Part shown: positions 49,376 through 57,867 of the stretch, piece by piece
Layout: each line of letters begins with the position of its first letter
How positions within the stretch are numbered: position 1 is the stretch's first letter
Position numbers and translations under genes: made by a program
Notes under the pieces: model-generated
Database searches by the model: none
Told to the model about the DNA's origin: nothing
The model's input: only the letters and a program-made list of their open reading frames with translations
Source of the DNA: a virus
Taxonomy: Duplodnaviria > Caudoviricetes
Direction: 5' to 3' (one strand)
Virus record (IMG/VR): IMGVR_UViG_2907128583_000005
Location: 64,001-128,000 of that record
DNA: 64,000 bases

Positions 49376-49753
49376 TCAAATATTTACTTCAATATGTATT
49401 TTATTTTTATTAATTGACTTCAACGAAGCACCTAGATTCATCTCTAAATCTCTTTCTAGCGATACCTCTTCTTTTCCCTCAAAGTACTCTCTAATCATTT
49501 CTTTTGCATAGTTTATAATTAGTTCTTGGTTAGCGATCAATTCAACACATTTTTCAAGAAATGAGCTTCGCAATTCGTTACTCCAATCATGTATAATAAT
49601 ATATTTTTTTAGTCTGATCTTCTTAAACTTTCCATGGCATTTGAATGCCACTTTAATTTTTAGTGAGTCAATTTTATAGTCCCCATTGTACCCTGCACTG
49701 ACAGACACATCTGCTTTAACTTTCACCGTTATCCTCCAATTCCCAATCTTCAA
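49376..49753 (-). CDS. hypothetical phage protein
   Basis: ORF of up to 125 aa between palindromes. Confidence 0.65.
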   Translation of the reverse strand: MKIGNWRITVKVKADVSVSAGYNGDYKIDSLKIKVAFKCHGKFKKIRLKKYIIIHDWSNELRSSFLEKCVELIANQELIINYAKEMIREYFEGKEEVSLERDLEMNLGASLKSINKNKIHIEVNI

Positions 49754-49822
49754 CTCTCTCTGACTTTTGAAGCATATACTCTCACATATTTGTCTTTATT
49801 CTTGATCAAAGATCGATTTTAT

Positions 49823-50014
49823 TTACACATCGCTTTTTAATTGATCTAATATTGTTCTATAATCAGAGAACTTTTCTTTGTAAATTTCAATTCGACTTTG
49901 AACTAACTCCAACTTATGCCCCAAATCTTCCTTTTCTCTCTCTAAATCAGAAATAAAGTTTTCGTAGTAGTCTAACTGCTGCTCAATAAAATGTTTTGCG
50001 CTTTGAACGCTCAG
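49823..50014 (-). CDS. small coiled-coil protein (CTG start)
   Basis: AAGGAG RBS then CTG and 63 open codons; fills the space between palindromes at 49805 and 50034. Confidence 0.55.
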   Translation of the reverse strand: MSVQSAKHFIEQQLDYYENFISDLEREKEDLGHKLELVQSRIEIYKEKFSDYRTILDQLKSDV

Positions 50015-50177
50015 ATAAATCTCTCCTTTCCTGATGAAATATCAATTTCACACACGATATAATTTAATTTTAATATGTTGTTCACATTATATTCACTATC
50101 GTTACATTTATTTCAAACTATTGTTTACTTATGGTAATTTTTTCTCTATGATAGATCTGTATCCCAAATAAGAGAGG

Positions 50178-50501
50178 ATGATTGAGATGAAAAAGAAACT
50201 TTTAGTTGGCTTGTTGACTGTTGTTGCGTGTTTCACTCTTGGATCAACATCTTTTGCTGCAAGCACTGAAACAGCAAACCCCAACAATGTATCAACGGCA
50301 AGTGTTGTAACTCCTTCTGCGACAAAATATATCACTTGGCAAATTGTTTTACCAAAGTCTCAGTTCCCTACCCTTGGAGATATTCCAACAACTACTAGTT
50401 ATAACGTAGATCCATATCGTGGAACATTAACGCTGAGTTCAGTTGATGGACAAACTGGTTACACTTGGACAGTCACTTATGCTGGATGGGTTACTTATTA
50501 A
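50178..50501 (+). CDS. small secreted protein (moron)
   Basis: Signal peptide ending SFA; T/Y/W-rich C-terminal domain; downstream ACCTCC/GGAGGT hairpin. Confidence 0.8.
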   Translation: MIEMKKKLLVGLLTVVACFTLGSTSFAASTETANPNNVSTASVVTPSATKYITWQIVLPKSQFPTLGDIPTTTSYNVDPYRGTLTLSSVDGQTGYTWTVTYAGWVTY

Positions 50502-50596
50502 TATTTAAAACTGTATAAGACCTCCTTGAGTATTTTTATATATTTGAGGAGGTTTTAACCTCGCATATTTGTTGAAGTTACATTTCATTAAAATCT

Positions 50597-51001
50597 TTAT
50601 TTTACTGGGTAGTCTTCCTTATAAATTTTTTCATACAATCGTCTTACGTCCACTTGAAAGTAAATTTTTTCTGGCTCCAAAGGATCACCAACTTCAAAAG
50701 TCCAATCCCCGATCAAACCTTTCTTAATTTCGACTTCATCAATTAAACTCTCTTTGTAGTTAGCTTTAAGCACAAACTGTTCATAGATATCCAACCCTTC
50801 ATTGTCATCATATTGCCAATGTAGTAACGTTACCAGAAGTTCTGAGTTAGCAATTCCTGTATTATGAATTAACTGGATAATCTTTTGATCTGTAAACTTT
50901 TTAAAACGATTATCATTATTGAAATAATAATCGAAAACGTGAATTACATTTCCTATATCATCAGTTACTACTTTTGCATATCCATCAATAGGCGTAGCCA
51001 T
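50597..51001 (-). CDS. hypothetical phage protein
   Basis: 134-aa ORF with GAGG RBS. Confidence 0.75.
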   Translation of the reverse strand: MATPIDGYAKVVTDDIGNVIHVFDYYFNNDNRFKKFTDQKIIQLIHNTGIANSELLVTLLHWQYDDNEGLDIYEQFVLKANYKESLIDEVEIKKGLIGDWTFEVGDPLEPEKIYFQVDVRRLYEKIYKEDYPVK

Positions 51002-51033
51002 AAATAGCGCATCCTCTCCATCAAAATTAAAAT

Positions 51034-51246
51034 CTACTCTTCATAAAACCCTTTAATGATTTCCTGTATATTTGTTTGCTCTATTGGTGGCAACATTGAT
51101 ATAACATCCAACAGCATTTCATACTTATGTATGAGTTTAATTCGCTCATTGCAGTCATTTTCTGAATAAACAAACCTATTTGAGCCGTATAATTTATCAT
51201 ACATACTGTGCTTGGCATCAGCTAAGTAAAACAAAAACTCATCCAC
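51034..51246 (-). CDS. hypothetical phage protein
   Basis: 70-aa ORF with GAGGTG RBS. Confidence 0.65.
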   Translation of the reverse strand: MDEFLFYLADAKHSMYDKLYGSNRFVYSENDCNERIKLIHKYEMLLDVISMLPPIEQTNIQEIIKGFYEE

Positions 51247-51261
51247 ACAAACACCTCACAT

Positions 51262-51564
51262 TTACATAGTTCTGTTATACATGTATTTCATCTCTTCTTT
51301 TAAGGAGTCATACCCAAACACCTGAGTTACTTGAGGAAAAATCACTTTACTAAAGCACGATCCCAAATGTCTAACTGTTAAGATAATTTTATGATCCTTG
51401 TCTGATCGTTCATCAAGTTCAACAGACTTTTCATACAATAGACTTACTATAAACTCTGGTGGACATTCATCGTGTCTATACTCATTTTCAACGACTTCAT
51501 TTACTATTCTCTGAATAGCGTCAATGATATCCATCGCAAACACATCCTTATTCCACCGTCTCAC
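51262..51564 (-). CDS. hypothetical phage protein
   Basis: ORF of up to 100 aa. Confidence 0.65.
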   Translation of the reverse strand: MRRWNKDVFAMDIIDAIQRIVNEVVENEYRHDECPPEFIVSLLYEKSVELDERSDKDHKIILTVRHLGSCFSKVIFPQVTQVFGYDSLKEEMKYMYNRTM

Positions 51565-51665
51565 ATATGATCTTTTTATTTAAATGGCTAGTTCAATGAA
51601 AAATAAATTTCGCATTCCTTCCTCAAAAAACTAAATACCCCTTACTGATAGCACTAAGATCTATT

Positions 51666-51911
51666 TCATAGAGTTTCAGATAGTACCAATTTACTTCCTT
51701 TGATATGTCTGGAGAAATTTTTATTTTTTGAAACAGAGCTAATTGACGGATAAGCGCTATCTATATATCCGGTCTCAATATTAACCAATACAATGGGATA
51801 CTCATCTTCTTCAATATCCTCTGCAATGATATATACTCCAGAATCCTCGTCAATCAACAAGTCCCCTGTTTCTAATTCAACTAGCTCAGGTTCATTTTGA
51901 ATAAACTTCAT
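51666..51911 (-). CDS. hypothetical phage protein
   Basis: 81-aa ORF with GAGGAG RBS. Confidence 0.7.
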   Translation of the reverse strand: MKFIQNEPELVELETGDLLIDEDSGVYIIAEDIEEDEYPIVLVNIETGYIDSAYPSISSVSKNKNFSRHIKGSKLVLSETL

Positions 51912-51943
51912 CTTATCTCTCCTCTTCCGATCAAATACAGGTT

Positions 51944-52147
51944 TTACAAAATTTCTATTACCAACATCAGGTCAATATCCACGTCTATCATTGGGTCATA
52001 ATTACTCAAAGTATCAAATTCTATACGATTATCATTTAGATATTCTAAAGCTTTATCATGTGATGCCCATATATCGTCATTATTTTTGTCGATAAGAAGA
52101 ATATCCTTAGGCATAGTTAAGCCATATGCTATCCACTTATACATCAC
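51944..52147 (-). CDS. hypothetical phage protein
   Basis: 67-aa ORF. Confidence 0.6.
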   Translation of the reverse strand: MMYKWIAYGLTMPKDILLIDKNNDDIWASHDKALEYLNDNRIEFDTLSNYDPMIDVDIDLMLVIEIL

Positions 52148-52325
52148 TCTCTACCTCACCTAGTCGTTCGATAAATTCCTGCACCTTTAACCCATACTGA
52201 GTCCTTGACTCCTTGGCTGCTTCAATAACCTGATTAATATTTGATCCTTTAGCTTTTACCTGCTTAACCATCTCATCAACGGAAGTTTCATTTATGTATT
52301 TAATCGTCTTAGTTCTGCTCATCAA
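52137..52325 (-). CDS. hypothetical phage protein
   Basis: 62-aa ORF, coupled to neighbours. Confidence 0.6.
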   Translation of the reverse strand: MMSRTKTIKYINETSVDEMVKQVKAKGSNINQVIEAAKESRTQYGLKVQEFIERLGEVESDV

Positions 52326-52504
52326 TATACATCCATTTTATCTTCAACAATTTGTTTTAAGTCGTAAATCTTATCGCGTAACTCTTGAAGCTCTCCATAA
52401 TCAATATCCTCAATTTCCAAGTAATTATATAATTCGGATAATCGTTCAAAGTTAAATGGCAACACTTTATCACTTCCAATCCAACAAAATTTCTCTAACT
52501 TCAT
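52322..52504 (-). CDS. hypothetical phage protein
   Basis: 60-aa ORF, coupled to neighbours. Confidence 0.55.
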   Translation of the reverse strand: MKLEKFCWIGSDKVLPFNFERLSELYNYLEIEDIDYGELQELRDKIYDLKQIVEDKMDVY

Positions 52505-53006
52505 TCCAGTTGTTTACTCGAAAAAATCGCTTCTCGTCAAGATTGTGTGGTGCATTATACAGAATCTTATTCCCTTTGAAATTCTCTAAATTTTTAGGTT
52601 TATCGTCAATTAAATAATTGGCTGCTATTATAGATTTGTCCCTTGTAAATACAAATTTATTTTCATCTAAAAAAGGGAAGTGTTTTACCAGCCATTTATA
52701 TTTAGGCACAACATTGTTCAAGTTGAATGGAGCTGTCACAATGTAGATATCATAATTGTAGTTCAATTCTTTCAGTACTTCTTGGCATCCCTCCATTACG
52801 GGCAGGTTATAAAAGAAGTCAGGTTCATCAAGATATTTATAAATTTTAATCCCACATTCTTCTTTGCATAGATGATGCCAATTCCAAGCGTTAATTTGAT
52901 CTGGGTGTAAATCATCACTGTAGTCAAGATTGTAACGCCGTACCCACTCACTGAGCAGGTCGGCAATAACATTGTCCTGATCGACAGCTAATACTTTCTT
53001 AGCCAT
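52470..53006 (-). CDS. 5'(3')-deoxyribonucleotidase (HAD, NT5C family)
   Basis: AVDQDNVIAD, IVTAP, KYKWL..HFPF, LIDDKP..APHN. Confidence 0.92.
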   Translation of the reverse strand: MAKKVLAVDQDNVIADLLSEWVRRYNLDYSDDLHPDQINAWNWHHLCKEECGIKIYKYLDEPDFFYNLPVMEGCQEVLKELNYNYDIYIVTAPFNLNNVVPKYKWLVKHFPFLDENKFVFTRDKSIIAANYLIDDKPKNLENFKGNKILYNAPHNLDEKRFFRVNNWNEVREILLDWK

Positions 53007-53289
53007 TCAATCCCTCTTTCTGTTTTCTTAATTCAACTAAAGCGAGTATTCCATAACCGATTTGATCAAGTAATGTATCTTCAATTGATTCTTCAACCTT
53101 AGCCTTACTTCCTTGAACCAAGTTTTCAAGTCTTCTCATTTTATCGTCCATGCGGATTAGTGCACTTAGAATTCCATATTTCTCAAACTGGATACTAAAA
53201 GAATTTCCGTAATCATGGTTCTTTCTTTTTAGAAGCGACTCAACCTCACCACAAATCTTCTCAATTCGCTGTTCCTGATTGTTTTCGAT
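52999..53289 (-). CDS. DUF1599 / nucleotide-modification-associated protein (non-canonical start, missing from ORF track)
   Basis: Translation ENNQEQRIEKICGEVESLLKRKNHDYGNSF...IRMDDKMRRL...ESIEDTLLDQIGYGIL; only ATA (53295) or ATC (53289) is available after the GGGGAG RBS. Confidence 0.8.
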   Translation of the reverse strand: MENNQEQRIEKICGEVESLLKRKNHDYGNSFSIQFEKYGILSALIRMDDKMRRLENLVQGSKAKVEESIEDTLLDQIGYGILALVELRKQKEGLNG

Positions 53290-53758
53290 CTTTATTCTCT
53301 CCCCACTTAATCACTCGTACTTTTACATGTTTCTTTCTACCAAATTGTCTTGCTTCACTTTCTGTTCTGACATACACATCAATCTTATGGCCTTTAATAG
53401 CTCCACCTTTATCCTGCACTACTCTTCTGCCTACACCATCTATATAAACTACTGTACCTTTAGGCAGCACCCTCCAGTCAGCAGCTATTGTTTCACCAGC
53501 CTTGGTCATTTTACCTGAAGCTGTCCTTCCATAATCTTTGTTGTGTACGTTCCTGCCTTGATTATTGGTGTATGCTGTTAACTCAAAACGATCCCATCTA
53601 TATGTATCTACTTGTTTGATCTTATCCAACTTAGCAATCTGTGTTTCTTCCTTGGTATTAGTCGTGTTTTTCATTTCTCGTACTTGATTGACACTTTGTG
53701 CTTCAGTGTTGTTCCATACTGATAGCGCCAATAGTAGAGAGAGGATTAGCTCACCCAA
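53261..53758 (-). CDS. 3D-domain cell-wall protein
   Basis: LTAYT, TASG, IAADWRVLPKGT, DKGGAIKGHKIDVY, FGR. Confidence 0.92.
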   Translation of the reverse strand: MGELILSLLLALSVWNNTEAQSVNQVREMKNTTNTKEETQIAKLDKIKQVDTYRWDRFELTAYTNNQGRNVHNKDYGRTASGKMTKAGETIAADWRVLPKGTVVYIDGVGRRVVQDKGGAIKGHKIDVYVRTESEARQFGRKKHVKVRVIKWGENKDRKQSGTAN

Positions 53759-53828
53759 CGTATCACGCTCCTGTTTTAGTATGAAGCCCCACTTTTATGT
53801 GAGGCTGTTACACATAAAAATCTATAAA

Positions 53829-54227
53829 TTAAAATTCATAAAATTTAATTGAAGGTTTAATATATCCCTCTTTAACAAGTATTGATTTAGCTTTCTTATT
53901 CTTCAAAAGATCTACCATATTCAATAAGTCTGAAACCTCTTTACTGTTAAGAATCAACTCGTTGCTGTAAGTATACTCAATAATATAGGAGTCTAACTCC
54001 TTCTGTAGATTGCTGGTTAAAGTCTGCCCATATTTCAATGATTCCTTTAATTCATCGCTCATTATGCCTCTTTGAATAATTAAAGAGAAATCATACACGC
54101 AATCTTTTTCTCCATCAGTATTGATAAAATTCATCTTTGTAATTGGTCGAATACTCAGGTCACTTTTTGCTTCAAAATTCTTCTGTTTTAAGATTCCAAT
54201 AGCCAAATCTTTGCTCATTCTTATCAT
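53829..54227 (-). CDS. hypothetical phage protein
   Basis: 132-aa ORF with AAGGAG RBS. Confidence 0.7.
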   Translation of the reverse strand: MIRMSKDLAIGILKQKNFEAKSDLSIRPITKMNFINTDGEKDCVYDFSLIIQRGIMSDELKESLKYGQTLTSNLQKELDSYIIEYTYSNELILNSKEVSDLLNMVDLLKNKKAKSILVKEGYIKPSIKFYEF

Positions 54228-54328
54228 TTAAAAACTCCTTTTAAGTCCATATGTCATTGTAAAACAGTTGACTTCGTACATATGGACTTCTATTTATAAT
54301 AAAATCTGTCTTTTACTGGAGCTATGTA

Positions 54329-55507
54329 TTAAGCTGGCAACTGGAACTCGGTAATTAATTTAAGTGCTTCGGTAAGACCATCCACATCTGAAACTGTTGG
54401 GTATGCTGCTGTTCCAAGAATTTTTTTGAATTCAGGAACAATGTATTTTGTTAGTTGATCATTAGTATATCTTTCTTTTTGTTGATTAATTTGATTAATT
54501 AAATCTTCAGCATTTAGTTTCTCTACCTCTTGTGTTGCAAATTCCTTAGCTTGTTCATTACGTTCTTGTTCTTGTTCTACCTTCAGTTCTTCAATGTTCT
54601 TCTTTGTTTTTTTAAGTTGCCCCTTAACTGCTTTCTCAAACACCTTCATGAAGTTCTCTGCACTATACTCTACTGGCTCTTCTGGTAGATCTGTATAGCT
54701 TCCACCAGCGATAGAAATATACTCAGTTGGTCTAAAAACCATCACCGTACGAGTTTCATGAAAGTTGTGCCCTTTTTCTTTTCCTGCTTTAGTCTTAACA
54801 TTTTCTGAAACTTCACTACCTGCTTTATCTGTAACAACAACTTCATTAAATAGGCAGCAAATCAATCTTGCTTGAGATTCAAAGATCTTTCTTCCTGTTT
54901 GATGCATCATAAGTTCGACAGAATTATATTTCATACCATTATACAGAGTAGTTTCTTTTTCCTTAGTCCATGCCATTGCCATAATTCCATATTTAGCTGC
55001 TTTAAGAGCATCGATAGGCTTTTTCATTTCATCATAGAGTGCAGTGTATCCATTCTCTGCCCCCTTAGAAGCTTCAGTTAGTTCTTGCAATGAAACAAGT
55101 CGAGCGACACCATATTTTTTTGCTCTATCTTTTAGTAACCAAGCCGTTGCTGCATCAATACAACGATCTGCCGTATCGAATCCGATCAACTTAACTTTTT
55201 TATTTTCTTTTGCTTCTTGAACGAGACCGGGAACCACGTCTTTCTTAAAAAACTCCCATTGCTTCCAAGCATCTTCGTCCGACCCTTCTTCAAAAATAGG
55301 TAGAACGTTCTCCTCCAATTCCCAAGTCTCGAATCCTGGCTCCCATGCGATAAGCAGTGTTTCTTCTACTGGATTTTTGTAGTGCATTTCAGTTAGTTCT
55401 TTCCAAAGTCGCGTTTTTCCTGTTTTATACGTACCTGCAACCAGACTTGTGATAGAATGCAGCTCAACTTTAGGCGTATTACCTACAACTTTATTTCTCC
55501 AACTCAT
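54329..55507 (-). CDS. AAA/P-loop NTPase (YorG/Sak4-like recombination protein)
   Basis: GTYKTGKT Walker A, IGFDTAD Walker B; adjacent to the SSB-like gene. Confidence 0.8.
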   Translation of the reverse strand: MSWRNKVVGNTPKVELHSITSLVAGTYKTGKTRLWKELTEMHYKNPVEETLLIAWEPGFETWELEENVLPIFEEGSDEDAWKQWEFFKKDVVPGLVQEAKENKKVKLIGFDTADRCIDAATAWLLKDRAKKYGVARLVSLQELTEASKGAENGYTALYDEMKKPIDALKAAKYGIMAMAWTKEKETTLYNGMKYNSVELMMHQTGRKIFESQARLICCLFNEVVVTDKAGSEVSENVKTKAGKEKGHNFHETRTVMVFRPTEYISIAGGSYTDLPEEPVEYSAENFMKVFEKAVKGQLKKTKKNIEELKVEQEQERNEQAKEFATQEVEKLNAEDLINQINQQKERYTNDQLTKYIVPEFKKILGTAAYPTVSDVDGLTEALKLITEFQLPA

Positions 55508-55596
55508 TAAATGAATCTCTCCCTGTTATATGTATTTATGTTTGGTCTGCGCTTTTACACACAGACCGTTTTCTAATAAATTGTAAAAATCTACTC

Positions 55597-56751
55597 TCAC
55601 GCGAAAGGATCATCGCTATTTGCTGTAAATGGATCATCGGATGGATTGGCTGTTTGGTTAAACGGATCATCACTTGCAACACTGCCACCAAATGGATTTT
55701 CATTTGTCAAAACAGCAGACTTCTTGACCTCTTCTTCAGTAAGCAGTTCACGCATAAGGCTTCCCTGGACATAACTGGTTACTTCAAGTCCCTTTTTGTC
55801 TCCGTTTGTCACACGTTCTTTTCTTGTTACTTTTTGAGTACTATCTACACTACTAAAAGGATCGTCCGAAGCTAGTTCTTCCACTACATCTACGTAGGCA
55901 AATGTTGCCCGGTTATTATCTTGTCCTGTTGCTTCGATGAAATCATATGTATTCAAACTTGCAAATGCATCTGCCATTGAAATCTTTCCTTCTGCTGCCT
56001 CTGTTTGATAACAAATCAATTCAACATCTTTTGGCTCAGAACGTTCTTTCCCATAATCAAGAAATAGTCCGTTTATTTTTGTATCTCCACCTTCTTCTTG
56101 ATAAGTGCTTCGAATACCAAGTTGCATTGTAAAGTAATTTACTTCTCTGAAATTTTCATCATTAAAATCTGTAATGTAATCAAATTCTTCTCCAGAGTGC
56201 TTAACTGTTTGAGTTGTGCCATCATCGTTAACAATCAGGCCATCTTTGATTGGGCGAACAGAATTGATGATGCGTTTCAGATAAACCTTTTCCTCGCCAC
56301 TGTCTGGAGTAAAGACATCAAATTGATATTGTCCTCTTACTTCATACCACTCGTCTACTTTAATCAACTCACCAAGCCGCTCTGTTTTATCCCAATCTAC
56401 TTCAATCGGATGATATGTATTGTCTGGAAAAGCTTCTTTGTTATTTCTGTCAGCCCAAGCTACTTTGTGAGGTTTTTTATGTGTACTACTATAAGGATAA
56501 GCCCATTGCTGTTCCATACCCGACAATTCCACTCGAAGGCGATTACTCAATGCTGTTTCAATTTCAAATTGCAGTACTCTACGTTGTTTATTTGTTTTCG
56601 TAGTTGTTTGTTGATAAATAGGCTGTTTAACCCAACTGTCTGTTTCTTGATCCTTTTTGCTAATCTCACTTACTTTCCCGATAAATCGAAATGCGCTTTT
56701 AAATTCTTTGCCACCGTGCTTCTTGTTCACTTTAATCTTATAGTCTGCCAT
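55597..56751 (-). CDS. putative single-stranded DNA-binding protein (YorF-like)
   Basis: F.FIGKV N-terminus; acidic tail with repeated SDDPF; position next to the AAA NTPase. Confidence 0.65.
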   Translation of the reverse strand: MADYKIKVNKKHGGKEFKSAFRFIGKVSEISKKDQETDSWVKQPIYQQTTTKTNKQRRVLQFEIETALSNRLRVELSGMEQQWAYPYSSTHKKPHKVAWADRNNKEAFPDNTYHPIEVDWDKTERLGELIKVDEWYEVRGQYQFDVFTPDSGEEKVYLKRIINSVRPIKDGLIVNDDGTTQTVKHSGEEFDYITDFNDENFREVNYFTMQLGIRSTYQEEGGDTKINGLFLDYGKERSEPKDVELICYQTEAAEGKISMADAFASLNTYDFIEATGQDNNRATFAYVDVVEELASDDPFSSVDSTQKVTRKERVTNGDKKGLEVTSYVQGSLMRELLTEEEVKKSAVLTNENPFGGSVASDDPFNQTANPSDDPFTANSDDPFA

Positions 56752-57053
56752 ATGTATATTATTTCTCCTTTTTATGTTTGATTATTTTTATTTGATTAAT
56801 TTAAGTCTAATCAATCATAAAAAGGAGGGCTTCTCAACTTGTTCTTGATTCATATCACCACCTTGTTAAGTGAGATGTATTGCATCTATATAATCGCACT
56901 TGGCGTTATTATTGTATGTACTTCTTTAAGAGTTATTTTAGCTCCTACATTGAAACTAAGTAAATCCGCTATCGTAAGACCTGTTCATGTTTTGACATCT
57001 CCTTTCAGTTATATCTTATCTATATAATCACACATTTTTGTGTGTTATTTTCT

Positions 57054-57130
57054 TGGTGGGTCTTGAGGGATTTGAACCCCCGACCAATCGGTTATGAGCC
57101 GACCGCTCTAACCAACTGAGCTAAAGACCC
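57054..57130 (-). tRNA. tRNA-Ile2 (anticodon CAT, lysidine type)
   Basis: GGGTCTTTAGCTCAGTTGGTTAGAGCGGTCGGCT-CAT-AACCGATTGGTCGGGGGTTCAAATCCCTCAAGACCCACCA; full cloverleaf, encoded CCA; body resembles Bacillus tRNA-Ile2 rather than Met. Confidence 0.9.
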
Positions 57131-57204
57131 TTGTTCATTGCCTTTTGGTAACAGTCTATCTTGATAAAAGTATTCTTTTATGACGTCGATTACCTTGCTA
57201 ATTA

Positions 57205-57248
57205 AATATAACACGCTTACTCATTATAGTCAATGTATTTCATTATTT
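57205..57248 (-). promoter_or_regulatory. sigmaA-type promoter upstream of the tRNA, with AAATAATGAAATA box
   Basis: TTGACT-17 bp-TATATT. Confidence 0.65.
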
Positions 57249-57333
57249 TTAATTGTATAATCATTATACATTTTTATTTCTAGCTATAAAGTATGTAATC
57301 AGCCGAACCATACGCTCGGCAATGGCTATGCAA

Positions 57334-57708
57334 CTAAGACAAGGCTAAGTGTAGCAAATTTGAGTATTTATTTTTTTCATACAAGCTATATAATGTTTCT
57401 GGATCTGTTACTTTTAATCTAGCTAACTTAAAACCATCAACTTTTTCTTGACATAATCTCTCAAGTGCCATGATATTATTATCATTATAATCAACAATAA
57501 ACTCACTCTTGTCCTTATATCCTTCTTCATTGATCAACTGTTTTCTTTTTTCTGAGAGATAAATATATTCAGAGCCAGGATTACCATTGCAAAATAAATA
57601 CATTTTTTGTCTGTCAGAGTCACTTCTCAAAAGGAACTCAATTTTTTTAATTATTATTGTGGCGCTTTTAGGTATATCAAGCCGATAAATTAGTTCGTCT
57701 TGCTGCAT
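57334..57708 (-). CDS. hypothetical protein
   Basis: 124-aa ORF with AAGGAG RBS; promoter TTGCCT-16 bp-TATAAT at 57744-57771. Confidence 0.75.
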   Translation of the reverse strand: MQQDELIYRLDIPKSATIIIKKIEFLLRSDSDRQKMYLFCNGNPGSEYIYLSEKRKQLINEEGYKDKSEFIVDYNDNNIMALERLCQEKVDGFKLARLKVTDPETLYSLYEKNKYSNLLHLALS

Positions 57709-57867
57709 AGCATTATCTCCTTGCTGTCGAATTCTATACTTTTATTATACGAGATTACTATAATTAGGCAACAACTTTACACACCATGTCTAAATATATT
57801 GACTTAATCAATATACTGGAAAAACGTCCATATAGTGTGTCACTTTTTGTCGAATCGTTTTATTCAG

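Larger units (their letters stand above)
1202..57181. repeat. dispersed 18-bp palindrome RTAAAA-N6-TTTTAY (about 48 copies at gene junctions)
   Basis: Examples: ATAAAAgacggcTTTTAC 1202, GTAAAAggtacaTTTTAC 12439, GTAAAAttgaacTTTTAC 30020, GTAAAAcgatgcTTTTAC 38285, ATAAAAtctgtcTTTTAC 54299. Confidence 0.85.

Noticed and set aside
55600-55700. Tandem-like GGATCATC repeats
   Set aside because: They encode the repeated DDPF acidic tail of the SSB-like protein, not a separate DNA element
56820-57000. Short ORFs between the tRNA and the SSB-like gene
   Set aside because: The RBS-linked frames close within about 12 codons; not enough support to call a gene
57054-57130. tRNA-Met, or a tRNA integration site
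   Set aside because: The body resembles Ile2 and lacks initiator features; no duplicated 3' fragment was seen in the window
1202-57181. CRISPR array or intrinsic terminators as explanation for the 18-bp repeats
   Set aside because: Spacing is irregular and gene-sized, no cas genes are present, and the arms are AT-only with no GC stem
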